Shown here in pieces: positions 48,759 to 57,788 of a stretch of DNA of 64,000 nucleotides. The first letter of the stretch is position 1, and the number at the start of each line of letters is the position of its first letter. A program made the position numbers and the translations under genes. The DNA is taken from positions 26,047 through 90,046 of IMG/VR virus record IMGVR_UViG_3300005805_000059; one strand, given 5' to 3'. The DNA is from a virus. Taxonomy: Duplodnaviria; Caudoviricetes. The notes beneath the pieces are model-generated. The model saw only the letters and a list, made by a program, of their open reading frames with translations. It had not been told where the DNA came from and did no database searches.

Positions 48759-51260
48759 TTATGCCTCAATAAGTGTCCTATGTACTTTGACTACTGTTCC
48801 ATTTGATGCACTAGCAACTCTTAGTTCTACAGTTGTACCATTCAGTACTGCGTTAGTAGTTCCTAACACTGCGTTGCTATAAACATCTGCATATTCTGTT
48901 AAATATACATTGCTGTTTCCATCTACAGTAACCAATATTTCAATTACTTCTACATCATTGCCGTTTTTCATTTGTACAAGATATTTAGCACTTGTATATG
49001 AAAGTGAAGACCATGAATCTACAAGTTGATCACTTGAACTAACTGTAGTTGTCTTATCTGCAATTGCTGAGTTAGCCATTGTAAGTGCTACATCATTTGT
49101 TAATGTCAATGCAGCGAATGATGGCGTTGCTGTTGTACCAATTGCCTGACCAATTGAAATTTCATGAGTTGTGCCTTCACCAGCACCAGCATTCGTAAGT
49201 GATACACCAGTTCCTGCCGAAATCGAAGCAACATAGTTGCCTGTTGTATCTGTTCCTAATTCTACTGAGTTAGCAGCAATAGATGCAACACCGTTTGCGA
49301 ATGTAACATCACCTGTTGCCTCACCGAGAATATAAGGAGCAAGATTAGACAATGCTACCTTTCGGTTTGCACTTACTGAAGAATCGTAGATTGCTATAGT
49401 ATCTGCATCTGCAGGTGCTGTTTCTGCTGTCAATCCATTGATATCTAGGGCGAGTGAAATAGTAGCACCTTCGCTACCTGTTGCACCACCTGAGATACCA
49501 GAAGATGTACTTACAGAAGCAACATAATTTCCTGTAGTGTCATCTCCAAGAGCAATTGAACCTAGCAATGCTACAGTACCAGTTGCGTTTGGAAATGTAA
49601 TTGTGCGATCTGCCGTAGGATCTGTAAATGTTACCGTTGTTTCGTGAACATCGTCAGTTCCTTCGACAATAATATTGTTATCTGACAAATACAATCCAGA
49701 AATTACTGGGCTTGTAAGAGTCTTATTTGTAAGTGTTTGAGCAGTAGTCTTATCTACAGTAACTGCTGTATCGATTCTAAACTCATTACCTACAAGGCTA
49801 AGACCATTTCCAGCACTATATGTACCAGCACCAGAAAATTGAGTAAATTCAATATCATCACTACCTACTGTAGCGATAACATTTGTTTGTACCCATCCAG
49901 TTTTACCGTTAACCGTACCACCTTCAACGAAGATAAAGTCACCAGCGTCAACTTCTCCTGCTGAGTCGTAGTCTGTTGCTCGTGTTGGTGCTCCAGATGC
50001 AGCAACAACATAGACACCGTTTTCAGACTTTGTTGTCTGGTTCTTAACAAGAATTCGGTTTCCTGTTGCAAGAGTTACACCATCAAGAACATCTCCGTTT
50101 TCTACTGCACTAGCAAGCGTAATGTTTGCTGTTGTTGCAGCCTTAACTGAAGCGTGAACATTGAGTCCAGCAGTTGCAGCGTCAACATATTGCTTTGTTG
50201 CTGCTTCAAGTGCATTCTGTGGATCTGCATTGAGAGTTACAGTTCCTGGGAAGGTGACGGCACTTGGCAAAGACAAAGTAACAGCACCAGTATATGGACC
50301 TGAACCTGTTCCAGTAACCGAAATTTGATTTGTTGTACCAGCAACAGAAACAACACCATCGTTAGTAACTGTTACGGTTGCACCTTCTGAACCTGAGCCA
50401 GATACACTAATTCCTGTACCTGCTGAAACACCAGCAACATAGTTACCAGTTGTATCTGCTCCAAGTGCTACTGAATCGGCAGCAATTGTTGCAGTAAGTG
50501 TTGCATTTCCAAGATTTGTTACTGTTGCAGAACCTGTCAAGTCACCACCAAGTGTGATTGTAAAGTCAGCGACATCAAAATCAAGTTTGCCATTGGTATC
50601 ATCATAAGTTACAGCAATTCCGCTTTCGCTGTTGCTTGAAACCATTGCACCCACAATATCTTGAACTGCTTCTGTATCAAGTGTTGCTACTGTAAAATTG
50701 AGTTTGCCTGTTGCATCATCATATTCTACTGTAATTCCACTTTCAGTATTTGATGAAACCATTGCACCGACAAGATCTTGAATATATTCTGTATCAACTT
50801 CAAAATCAATTGTTCCATCTGCATCCTGATAAGTAACTGTAATACCAGTCTCAGTATTGCTAGAAACCATCGCCCCAACAATATCTTCAATTGCTTCTGT
50901 TGTTGGAATATCAGATGTCAGAGCAACTGTTCCACTAGCATTAGGAAGGGTAATAGTCCTGTCTGCTGTTGGATCAAGTACCTGCAAGATTGTTTCATAA
51001 TCATCTGCTGTTGCACCCTCAAAAGTGATGCTTGTTGTAAATGTTGGTGTTGATGAGACTGTTGCGTCTACAACACCTGTCGTATCATTGTACGAGAAAG
51101 AAATTCCTGAATGACTTCCGCCAGTCAAAACTGCTGCGGTTGTATCCTGAAGGAATTCTGTGGATGCTTCTGTTAAAACTGTTGATCCGTTGACGGTAGC
51201 AGTAGTACCCTCAACAACAAGACCGTGTTTAACTCTGAAGTCTTTGTTAACTGTTGCCAT
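48759..51260 (-). CDS. Tail fibre protein with internal repeats
   Basis: ADRTITLPNASGTVAL, DTTGNYVA x3, VKAATTANITL..GNRILVKNQT..NGVYV. Confidence 0.75.
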   Translation of the reverse strand: MATVNKDFRVKHGLVVEGTTATVNGSTVLTEASTEFLQDTTAAVLTGGSHSGISFSYNDTTGVVDATVSSTPTFTTSITFEGATADDYETILQVLDPTADRTITLPNASGTVALTSDIPTTEAIEDIVGAMVSSNTETGITVTYQDADGTIDFEVDTEYIQDLVGAMVSSNTESGITVEYDDATGKLNFTVATLDTEAVQDIVGAMVSSNSESGIAVTYDDTNGKLDFDVADFTITLGGDLTGSATVTNLGNATLTATIAADSVALGADTTGNYVAGVSAGTGISVSGSGSEGATVTVTNDGVVSVAGTTNQISVTGTGSGPYTGAVTLSLPSAVTFPGTVTLNADPQNALEAATKQYVDAATAGLNVHASVKAATTANITLASAVENGDVLDGVTLATGNRILVKNQTTKSENGVYVVAASGAPTRATDYDSAGEVDAGDFIFVEGGTVNGKTGWVQTNVIATVGSDDIEFTQFSGAGTYSAGNGLSLVGNEFRIDTAVTVDKTTAQTLTNKTLTSPVISGLYLSDNNIIVEGTDDVHETTVTFTDPTADRTITFPNATGTVALLGSIALGDDTTGNYVASVSTSSGISGGATGSEGATISLALDINGLTAETAPADADTIAIYDSSVSANRKVALSNLAPYILGEATGDVTFANGVASIAANSVELGTDTTGNYVASISAGTGVSLTNAGAGEGTTHEISIGQAIGTTATPSFAALTLTNDVALTMANSAIADKTTTVSSSDQLVDSWSSLSYTSAKYLVQMKNGNDVEVIEILVTVDGNSNVYLTEYADVYSNAVLGTTNAVLNGTTVELRVASASNGTVVKVHRTLIEA
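50571..50900 (-). repeat. Three tandem ~37-aa coding repeats
   Basis: (E/Q)D(I/L)VGAMVSSN(T/S)E(T/S)GI.V.Y.D..G...F.V three times. Confidence 0.85.
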
Positions 51261-51271
51261 ATTTTCTCCTT

Positions 51272-51709
51272 CTAGCCTTTAAGTCCTGTTCGATAATATC
51301 GCACAGTGACTGGGCTTAATGTTGGTGTTACCGTCAAACTAATTATACCACTACTGTAACTTGCTGAAATTGTAGCAATATCTGATTCACTATTGGATAC
51401 TGTGCCATATTCCGATATATTCACATTTGTACCATCAAAAATAATATGTAGTTCTGTGCCAACAAATGAATTTGATGCTGCGTGAGAGATTTGAATCAGA
51501 TACTTTACTGTTCTCCAAGTCGAAGTAACGATAGTATCTATTACGGTTGGGTTTTCAATTCCATTTATTGTTGAGGAATTGTTTCCATCTGCCCCTAGTG
51601 CCGTAGCATTATGAGCAGTAGTGTCAATTAAATCCGCAAAGTCTGATCCAGTGGGTCGATCCCCACTCTCAAACTTAGATTTCAGGGTTGAAATTGGAAT
51701 AATTGGCAC
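51272..51709 (-). CDS. Fibre-associated protein
   Basis: C-terminal KYLIQ..E..I.FDGTNVNISEYG paralogous to end of 48759..51260. Confidence 0.55.
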   Translation of the reverse strand: MPIIPISTLKSKFESGDRPTGSDFADLIDTTAHNATALGADGNNSSTINGIENPTVIDTIVTSTWRTVKYLIQISHAASNSFVGTELHIIFDGTNVNISEYGTVSNSESDIATISASYSSGIISLTVTPTLSPVTVRYYRTGLKG

Positions 51710-51721
51710 AATGCAATTATA

Positions 51722-51949
51722 TCACAAAATATAGTTACTAATGCCAATTACTGCAACGCCAATAGGTGCAGCGGTACTTGGTCCGTACCCTGGAATTTCT
51801 ATATTTGTGAACCTCACTCTAAAAGGAATATCTGCTCTAGCAAAAGAACTTCGATTCTGTAAATCAGTAATCTTAACTGGTGCAAGGACTTCAGTAGTTG
51901 ATGCCTTAACAATACGAGATGTTATGTCTGTTACCCTTGCAATCCCCAT
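51722..51949 (-). CDS. Hypothetical virion protein
   Basis: Ends APIGVAVIGISNYIL; coupled. Confidence 0.5.
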   Translation of the reverse strand: MGIARVTDITSRIVKASTTEVLAPVKITDLQNRSSFARADIPFRVRFTNIEIPGYGPSTAAPIGVAVIGISNYIL

Positions 51950-52326
51950 TAGTCTGTTACATCCTCAATAATAATCATTTTGCCCGCAGCAATTGTCCAA
52001 ACACGATCTCCATCTGATAACTGAATATCAAAGATATCGTCTGTTTCTAGGACTTCTGATTCTGATGCTTCAAGATCAACAGTGAACTCGCCATCACCAT
52101 CATCTACGCCCTGTTCAGGAATTAACGATAAAATAACATTTTCTGTTGATGGTCTATAAATATCCATAGCAATGTTCCAATCTGGAATTTCTAGTGGAAT
52201 TTTGTTACTGTCTGTTACATAAACACGGAACGCAGCCGTATCTCCCCTCACAACCGTCCAGGTAATCTGGGGTGGGGGTGAGCCAATTTCGAAAGAAGAG
52301 GCTGAAGAATTACGATAAGTAGCCAT
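51949..52326 (-). CDS. Ig-like baseplate adaptor (BppU-N-like), paralog 1
   Basis: WTVVRGDT...FDIQL..VWTIAAG.M.IIEDVT. Confidence 0.5.
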   Translation of the reverse strand: MATYRNSSASSFEIGSPPPQITWTVVRGDTAAFRVYVTDSNKIPLEIPDWNIAMDIYRPSTENVILSLIPEQGVDDGDGEFTVDLEASESEVLETDDIFDIQLSDGDRVWTIAAGKMIIIEDVTD

Positions 52327-52357
52327 AGTGTAATAATTATACCACCTTTTCCCTTAT

Positions 52358-52386
52358 TTGACAGCCTTTTTTATCTATGGTATACT
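52358..52386 (+). promoter_or_regulatory. Consensus sigma70-type promoter for transglycosylase gene
   Basis: TTGACA (52358-63), 17 bp, TATACT (52381-86), with TGn extension. Confidence 0.85.
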
Positions 52387-52400
52387 AGAGTATGGATAAC

Positions 52401-52430
52401 GACACCCTTAAACAAGGTGTTTTTGTTTTT
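52401..52430 (+). terminator. Terminator-like hairpin in transglycosylase leader
   Basis: GACACC-C-UU-AAAC-AA-GGUGUU then UUUGUUUUU, before AAGGAGG. Confidence 0.5.
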
Positions 52431-52447
52431 CTAAGGAGGAAGACATC

Positions 52448-52993
52448 ATGAAAATAAGTTCAAATAAGATAGTGGTGGGATTACTCGTTGCTATGACTCT
52501 TTCGTCAATAGGCGAAACTCAGGCTCAGGGTCGTGTAGACGATAGTGCGGTTTATGTTAAAAATACCGCAAAGGAATCCACAAAGGAGAAAGACGCTAAG
52601 CCTACTAGGAAAGAGATCCTAGAGAAATATAGAAATAAGAAAAATTTAACAGACGAGCAACTTGTAGAACTTTTGAGGGCTGTTGGCTTTAAAGGCAAAG
52701 AACTCAAAGAAGCCTATGGCATCGCTAAAAGGGAATCTAATGGAAGACCTCGTGCATTTAATGGAAATAAAAGCACAGGTGACCATTCCTATGGCATATT
52801 CCAAATCAATATGATTGGTGATTTGGGGGTAGCAAGAAGGGAAAAGTTTAATCTAAAGTCTAATGCAGAACTTTACGATCCTGTAACAAATGCCCAGATT
52901 GCGTATCATATGTCACAAGGTGGAAAAAATTGGTCTGCTTGGAAAGGTGTTACACCTAGGGCTGTTACATATATGAAACAATTCCCTAATTAA
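52448..52993 (+). CDS. Secreted lytic transglycosylase (lysozyme-like/SLT fold)
   Basis: Signal peptide ending TQA; AKRESNG catalytic Glu, SYGIFQIN, ELYDPVTNAQIA, WSAW. Confidence 0.85.
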   Translation: MKISSNKIVVGLLVAMTLSSIGETQAQGRVDDSAVYVKNTAKESTKEKDAKPTRKEILEKYRNKKNLTDEQLVELLRAVGFKGKELKEAYGIAKRESNGRPRAFNGNKSTGDHSYGIFQINMIGDLGVARREKFNLKSNAELYDPVTNAQIAYHMSQGGKNWSAWKGVTPRAVTYMKQFPN

Positions 52994-54765
52994 TCCTGAG
53001 TTGGCTCCCATCCACCTTCTGTACCGTTTCCAGTATATCTATATACTTTAATGTATTGTGCCTGGTTTGGTAAGTCTGCTCTTTCTAAATACCTTTTTAC
53101 AGAACCTGCAAAATTTGCACTTGTTGCTACATTCACTCTGCCACCATCAGTTATTCCGTAAGCGATAGTAGAGGCACTTCCATTATCTGTAATGGCAGTA
53201 AGTCTGTAGGCATATGGGGTATATGGGTTTAGTGCAGGACTTGGAGCATCCGAATAACTTGTAAAACTAGAGGATAATGTACTTGAAAGAGTAGTCCAAG
53301 TTGTTGGTGGAACATAACTCCAAGCACTTCCAGTCCAACTTCTAGTTGTTGCTGCTCTTTCTAGCCTATATCTAGGATTTGATCCATTACCAAAAGAAGA
53401 TGCAGTCCAGGTTAAACTTAGTGCTCCTGTATTAAAATTAATTGTGCTAACAGTTAAATTAGTTGGTGCTGTTGGTATAGACGGTTCTACTGGTATTATA
53501 AATGATGGAGATGTAAGAATTGAACTTGTTCCAACAGAGTTTGTTGCAGTTATAGCAAAAGTTAGAGTACGACTCCATCCTGTGGTTATTGGTACTACTT
53601 GTGGCTGAGCAGTAATACTTGCTGCAGGAATATCGATTGCAGCACTTCCATCACTTGGAACAATTCTAATAGCCTGATTTGTACTTAAAGCACTTCCATT
53701 AATAGCATATCTAATATTTAAAGTAATTTGATTAGCACTTGATCCACTACCCTGACTAAAAGAACTGTTTGTCAATGGTGTATTATTGTCAAAACTTGCT
53801 ATAGTTGGAACTGAAATTGCTGTGCTACCTGTTCCATAGCCAATGTCACCAGAGTTAGTAACGCCAACAACAGTTGTTGTTAAATAGGTATATGGATAAT
53901 ATGTTTGACCTACTGTTAGCGTATCTTTAAAAAATGTTGTTACACTGTTTCCAGAAGAAGTAAAAGTACCCTTTGCTGGAAGAGCACTTGGATTTGGTAC
54001 TGAAGTATTTACGAGGGTATACAGTGTATAGGGAGTTGTCCAATCTGCTGGCATCGAAAAAGACCAATCAATTCTTTTGTCTGTTCGTGTAGCAGAGTAG
54101 GACATAATTCTTGGGGGTGGTCCATCTCCAACTATAGACATATGGAAGTCTGTAGATGGAATTGCAGTTACTGTAACTGTTCCACTTGGGTTGTCTGCAC
54201 TAAGTATACTCCAGTTGTTTGCTTCACTATTTGCAAAAGAAGATGCTATGTTTTGATCCGCAGAATCCCCTTCAGTTCCTGTACTTGGAACAATATATCT
54301 AATTTGTAAGTCAGCACTTGCACTTACAGTTTGAAATCCAATTAAGTATGTTTGACCGCCAAGTGCTTGGTTTGCACCACCTGTTAATAGTAAGTTTCCA
54401 GTATCGACATCATTTAATAAAGTTAAGTCTCTTTGATGCCATCCAGCAGCGGTGCTAATTGTTGTGTTACTTCCTTTTCTAACTAAAGACGCATTATCTC
54501 CAGTCGAATCCAAAAGATATACTACAGCCTGAACAACTCTATCAGATGTTAACTGTCGAATACTTGTCATTGATATGGCAGATATAGAATAGGCTTGACC
54601 ATATGAAACCCAGATAGGATGGTAATAGGTATATCCATTATTTGTTGTGTTTCCTGGAACGGTATAAAATTGACTTGTCGTTGATAATGTTGGAGATGTA
54701 TGTGCTAAAGGAACTCTAGTCCCTAAAGTTGCATCTTCTCTTTCTATAACATAAAACTTAGACAC
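52990..54765 (-). CDS. Tail fibre/adhesin with FN3-like domains
   Basis: PTAPTNLTV..LTWTA..YAYRLTA. Confidence 0.6.
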   Translation of the reverse strand: MSKFYVIEREDATLGTRVPLAHTSPTLSTTSQFYTVPGNTTNNGYTYYHPIWVSYGQAYSISAISMTSIRQLTSDRVVQAVVYLLDSTGDNASLVRKGSNTTISTAAGWHQRDLTLLNDVDTGNLLLTGGANQALGGQTYLIGFQTVSASADLQIRYIVPSTGTEGDSADQNIASSFANSEANNWSILSADNPSGTVTVTAIPSTDFHMSIVGDGPPPRIMSYSATRTDKRIDWSFSMPADWTTPYTLYTLVNTSVPNPSALPAKGTFTSSGNSVTTFFKDTLTVGQTYYPYTYLTTTVVGVTNSGDIGYGTGSTAISVPTIASFDNNTPLTNSSFSQGSGSSANQITLNIRYAINGSALSTNQAIRIVPSDGSAAIDIPAASITAQPQVVPITTGWSRTLTFAITATNSVGTSSILTSPSFIIPVEPSIPTAPTNLTVSTINFNTGALSLTWTASSFGNGSNPRYRLERAATTRSWTGSAWSYVPPTTWTTLSSTLSSSFTSYSDAPSPALNPYTPYAYRLTAITDNGSASTIAYGITDGGRVNVATSANFAGSVKRYLERADLPNQAQYIKVYRYTGNGTEGGWEPTQD

Positions 54766-55994
54766 TATACCCCCAGTTTAATCCAAATGTCGCCTACTAT
54801 TGCTCCAGCCCCAGTTGGTGCTGTGCTAGAAATAAAAATTCTAGAACCACCAATAATTAAACCTGTTGTTCTTGAAGTTAAATCGTTTTGAACCGTAACA
54901 CCGCCACTAAATGTTGCACCTGCCAAATTAGCCTTTAAGTTAAATGCTCCAACAACACTATATTCTGTTGCTGTTCCAGCATTTAAAGGACCAGTTCCAA
55001 TACTTATTTTATTTGTATCTGCTGTTAAAGTTTTGTTTGTAAATGCTGCAGTACTTGTTGTTGTAACCAATGTACCATCTGTTGTCGGAGCAGTTAAAAT
55101 AACACTCTGTGTAGAAGGAGTAAATTTAATACTATTTGAACCATTACTAAATGAAACAGTACCAGAGTCTAAAGTTTTATTAGAAAGCGATTGTGATGTA
55201 TTTGTTGTAACTAAAACTCTAGATGCAGTTCCATCGTGAAATGTAAGATTATTAGATGTATAACCTAATTGACCAGAAGCACTTGATGTACCAGCAATTA
55301 CTGGCGTAGTTAAAGTTTTGCTACCTAATGTTTGTGATGCTGATAAGGTTACAACTTCTGATCCACCAATTTTTACAACACCAGTTCCTTTTCCAGCAAG
55401 ATTGAGATCAATATTTGTGTCAGTAGTTCCAAAAGCAGCCAAAATTGGTCCACTTCCAGTAATAGCATTAGTAATATTAATATGGTTAATACCATCAGCA
55501 ACTGTTGTAAAAATTAAGTATCTTCGTGCATCAACAGTCGTATCTATTATTCCTCCACCACTAGCAATTGCTGGTAGTGTTAATGTTTTATTTGATAAAG
55601 TAGTAGCATTTGACGCTGTTACTTCAACTGGAATCCATTTTAACCCTGATGTTGCAGCACTGTCAGCACTTAAAACATATCCTTGTGGATTGGGAGTTGT
55701 TGGTAAAGATAAAATTCCAGCATCTTGAAATGCAGTTCCTACAATTAAATCTCCTTTTGCTGTTATTGTACTTTCTTGAATACCTTGTGTAGTTTGAAGT
55801 GTCTGAACAGTTTGTTGTAAATCATAGATATATCTTGCAATTCCCTGTGATGGTAGGTTTGTTGCGTCAGCGTTAGAACTATTATATTGTTCATCACCAT
55901 AGTGATACATTCTTAATGCTGTTTGAATATCAGCATCTGAACCAAGCGTTGGTATTTGTGTTTTAACCAAAGTACCAATATCTTGCTCTGCCAT
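54765..55994 (-). CDS. Tail fibre protein
   Basis: TAKGDLIVGT, repeated NKTLT, ends GDIWIKL. Confidence 0.65.
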   Translation of the reverse strand: MAEQDIGTLVKTQIPTLGSDADIQTALRMYHYGDEQYNSSNADATNLPSQGIARYIYDLQQTVQTLQTTQGIQESTITAKGDLIVGTAFQDAGILSLPTTPNPQGYVLSADSAATSGLKWIPVEVTASNATTLSNKTLTLPAIASGGGIIDTTVDARRYLIFTTVADGINHINITNAITGSGPILAAFGTTDTNIDLNLAGKGTGVVKIGGSEVVTLSASQTLGSKTLTTPVIAGTSSASGQLGYTSNNLTFHDGTASRVLVTTNTSQSLSNKTLDSGTVSFSNGSNSIKFTPSTQSVILTAPTTDGTLVTTTSTAAFTNKTLTADTNKISIGTGPLNAGTATEYSVVGAFNLKANLAGATFSGGVTVQNDLTSRTTGLIIGGSRIFISSTAPTGAGAIVGDIWIKLGV

Positions 55995-56002
55995 TTATCC
56001 TC

Positions 56003-56596
56003 CTATGATGATACAACCGATATAAATACCTGTACCGATTGCTCTCCTGTTAAATTTGTTGCAGTGCTTCCTGTAAAGGACACACCTTTAAAAACTAATC
56101 GTAAATTTTTAACACTACTTATTGTCTGAATTGATTTAGTTACAGAACTTGCAATAGGTAAACTGTTAACTATATTAAACTGAACATTAAATGTGTTTGC
56201 ACTTGTTATTGCATTAATTTCAGATGATGTAGCATCTGGTAAAATTTCAGATAATGGAATATCTTTAGTTACGCTACCAGAGTCAAATGTTAATGCATAG
56301 TTTTTTGCGAATAATACTGGAGATACCTTTACAATTGGCTTCCAAATATCACCGAGTGCTGGATCATTAATGTATTGATAAAGATATGAGCCTCCAGAAG
56401 AAGATATATCAAGAAACATATCATAAAGTTGTATAGGCTCTGCTGGCAAATCAGTTTCAGGATCTCTTGGATCCCCATTACCAGAAAATATCTTTGTTCC
56501 ACGAATACCCTGTGGACCAACATCTACTAAAAGATCTACAACTTCTGGTGGTCCAAAAACAACAATGTCTGCAGTATTCAATAGAACATCTGTCAT
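56003..56596 (-). CDS. Putative minor tail protein
   Basis: GPQGIRGT..GDP; start moved to MTDV at stop/start overlap 56596. Confidence 0.55.
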   Translation of the reverse strand: MTDVLLNTADIVVFGPPEVVDLLVDVGPQGIRGTKIFSGNGDPRDPETDLPAEPIQLYDMFLDISSSGGSYLYQYINDPALGDIWKPIVKVSPVLFAKNYALTFDSGSVTKDIPLSEILPDATSSEINAITSANTFNVQFNIVNSLPIASSVTKSIQTISSVKNLRLVFKGVSFTGSTATNLTGEQSVQVFISVVSS

Positions 56597-56943
56597 TATA
56601 TTGCTCCTGTAATATCGTTTGTTACTGTAATTGTCCCAGTTAAAATTGTATAAATAAGAGTTCCGTTTGTAATCTGCACATCGTATACATATGTTCCTGG
56701 TGCTAGAGGACGACCCTGTGCTGGAGTAATTGTGCAAGTAACTGTATTGTTTCCTGTATTAACTACAGCAGTTGCAGGATATTGTGTTACATTTGCACCA
56801 GACCCTCTTAAATTAGCAATAGTAAATGCTGCACTATATCCTGTTAGTGGAAATGCAGTGTTGCTTGAAGTTTTTGGTCGAACTACCATTTCGTAACTAT
56901 CTCCACGATAGTAATTAAAATTGTAAGTTGATGGAAATGCCAT
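56596..56943 (-). CDS. Ig-like baseplate adaptor (BppU-N-like), paralog 2
   Basis: YYRGDSY..YVYDVQIT..ILTGTITVTNDIT. Confidence 0.55.
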   Translation of the reverse strand: MAFPSTYNFNYYRGDSYEMVVRPKTSSNTAFPLTGYSAAFTIANLRGSGANVTQYPATAVVNTGNNTVTCTITPAQGRPLAPGTYVYDVQITNGTLIYTILTGTITVTNDITGAI

Positions 56944-57038
56944 TATCTCACCTTTATAACCTTTCCATCTACCTTAATGACAGGCGGTAGATAAGAATTA
57001 ACTGTACTTACCTTTACTACTGGTGGTAAATCTGTCAT
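56943..57038 (-). CDS. 31-aa microprotein MTDLPPVVKVSTVNSYLPPVIKVDGKVIKVR
   Basis: Manual translation; fills gap exactly with overlaps at both ends; GGAGGT RBS. Confidence 0.55.
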   Translation of the reverse strand: MTDLPPVVKVSTVNSYLPPVIKVDGKVIKVR

Positions 57039-57430
57039 AATAAACCTCCAGGTGTTACATCTCCAATAACATTAATTGTTCCAACGACTGGTGTCCAAGT
57101 GTAGTCTCCACCCATAGTAGGAATTGTTACTTGAAGATCAAAAATTAAATTTGCTATAGAAAATCCGTACGCTGTTCCCCAATTTTCTGTGACAGATGCA
57201 GGTGCTGTAATGGCAACACTATGTCCTTCGGATTCAATAGTTAGTTCGTCAAGAACATCTCCAAATTTATCATACGCTGTAGCAACATATGTCCATCCTT
57301 CAGTATCCCATCCAGTAGACTCATCTGATTCTAGAAAATCTATCATTAGTGTTGCTGTGTCACCACGCACAACATCCCAAACAATATTTGCTGGAACAGA
57401 CCCAAATCGTGTATTATTTATTCCGCACAT
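57035..57430 (-). CDS. Ig-like baseplate adaptor (BppU-N-like), paralog 3
   Basis: WDVVRGDT..FDLQV..WTPVVGTINVIGDVT. Confidence 0.55.
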   Translation of the reverse strand: MCGINNTRFGSVPANIVWDVVRGDTATLMIDFLESDESTGWDTEGWTYVATAYDKFGDVLDELTIESEGHSVAITAPASVTENWGTAYGFSIANLIFDLQVTIPTMGGDYTWTPVVGTINVIGDVTPGGLL

Positions 57431-57449
57431 AGTTACATAATTATATCAC

Positions 57450-57504
57450 AAAAAACTACCGCCTAGGGGCAGTGGGTGGGTAGAGAGCAATCCTAGACGG
57501 CAGT
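57450..57504 (-). ncRNA. Candidate ~55-nt hairpin small RNA
   Basis: 13-bp stem (2 G-U pairs on minus strand only), 24-nt C-rich loop, U-tract, promoter directly upstream. Confidence 0.6.
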
Positions 57505-57510
57505 CGTATA

Positions 57511-57539
57511 ATTATACCAGAACGGACATAACTTGACAA
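57511..57539 (-). promoter_or_regulatory. Promoter for candidate sRNA
   Basis: TTGTCA, 17 bp, TATAAT with TGn extension. Confidence 0.7.
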
Positions 57540-57593
57540 CAGAATAATTTTCGTGTAATATATATAATATGGGGGGTAGGGGGGATAGATACT

Positions 57594-57788
57594 CTACTTA
57601 TTGATAAGAAGGGAATAAATCTCATCAACTCTAGATTCAAGTCTATCAACTTTGTCTTTTAGAGAAGATCCACCATTAGGCTTGAGTTCGGACAAATAAT
57701 GTTTGACAAGCCACTTGACAGCAGCACCAAAACCTGTTACAATTGATATAACACCGACAATGACGGCGATCCATTCGTTTGCTTGCAT
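57594..57788 (-). CDS. Holin-like single-TM membrane protein
   Basis: N-terminal TM helix then PNGGSSLKDKVDRLE coiled coil, a pattern I recall from actinophage lysis-linked proteins. Confidence 0.5.
   Translation of the reverse strand: MQANEWIAVIVGVISIVTGFGAAVKWLVKHYLSELKPNGGSSLKDKVDRLESRVDEIYSLLINK

Noticed and set aside
43802-57430. Diversity-generating retroelement or invertible fibre cassette
   Set aside because: No reverse transcriptase, invertase or near-identical template/variable repeat pair; paralogy is at diverged protein level
57450-57504. tRNA or tRNA-like gene
   Set aside because: Single hairpin with no cloverleaf, T-loop or CCA; I recognised no tRNA anywhere in the window (tRNAscan-SE not run)
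57571-57584. G-quadruplex
   Set aside because: Only two G6 runs; insufficient support for an intramolecular G4 from sequence alone
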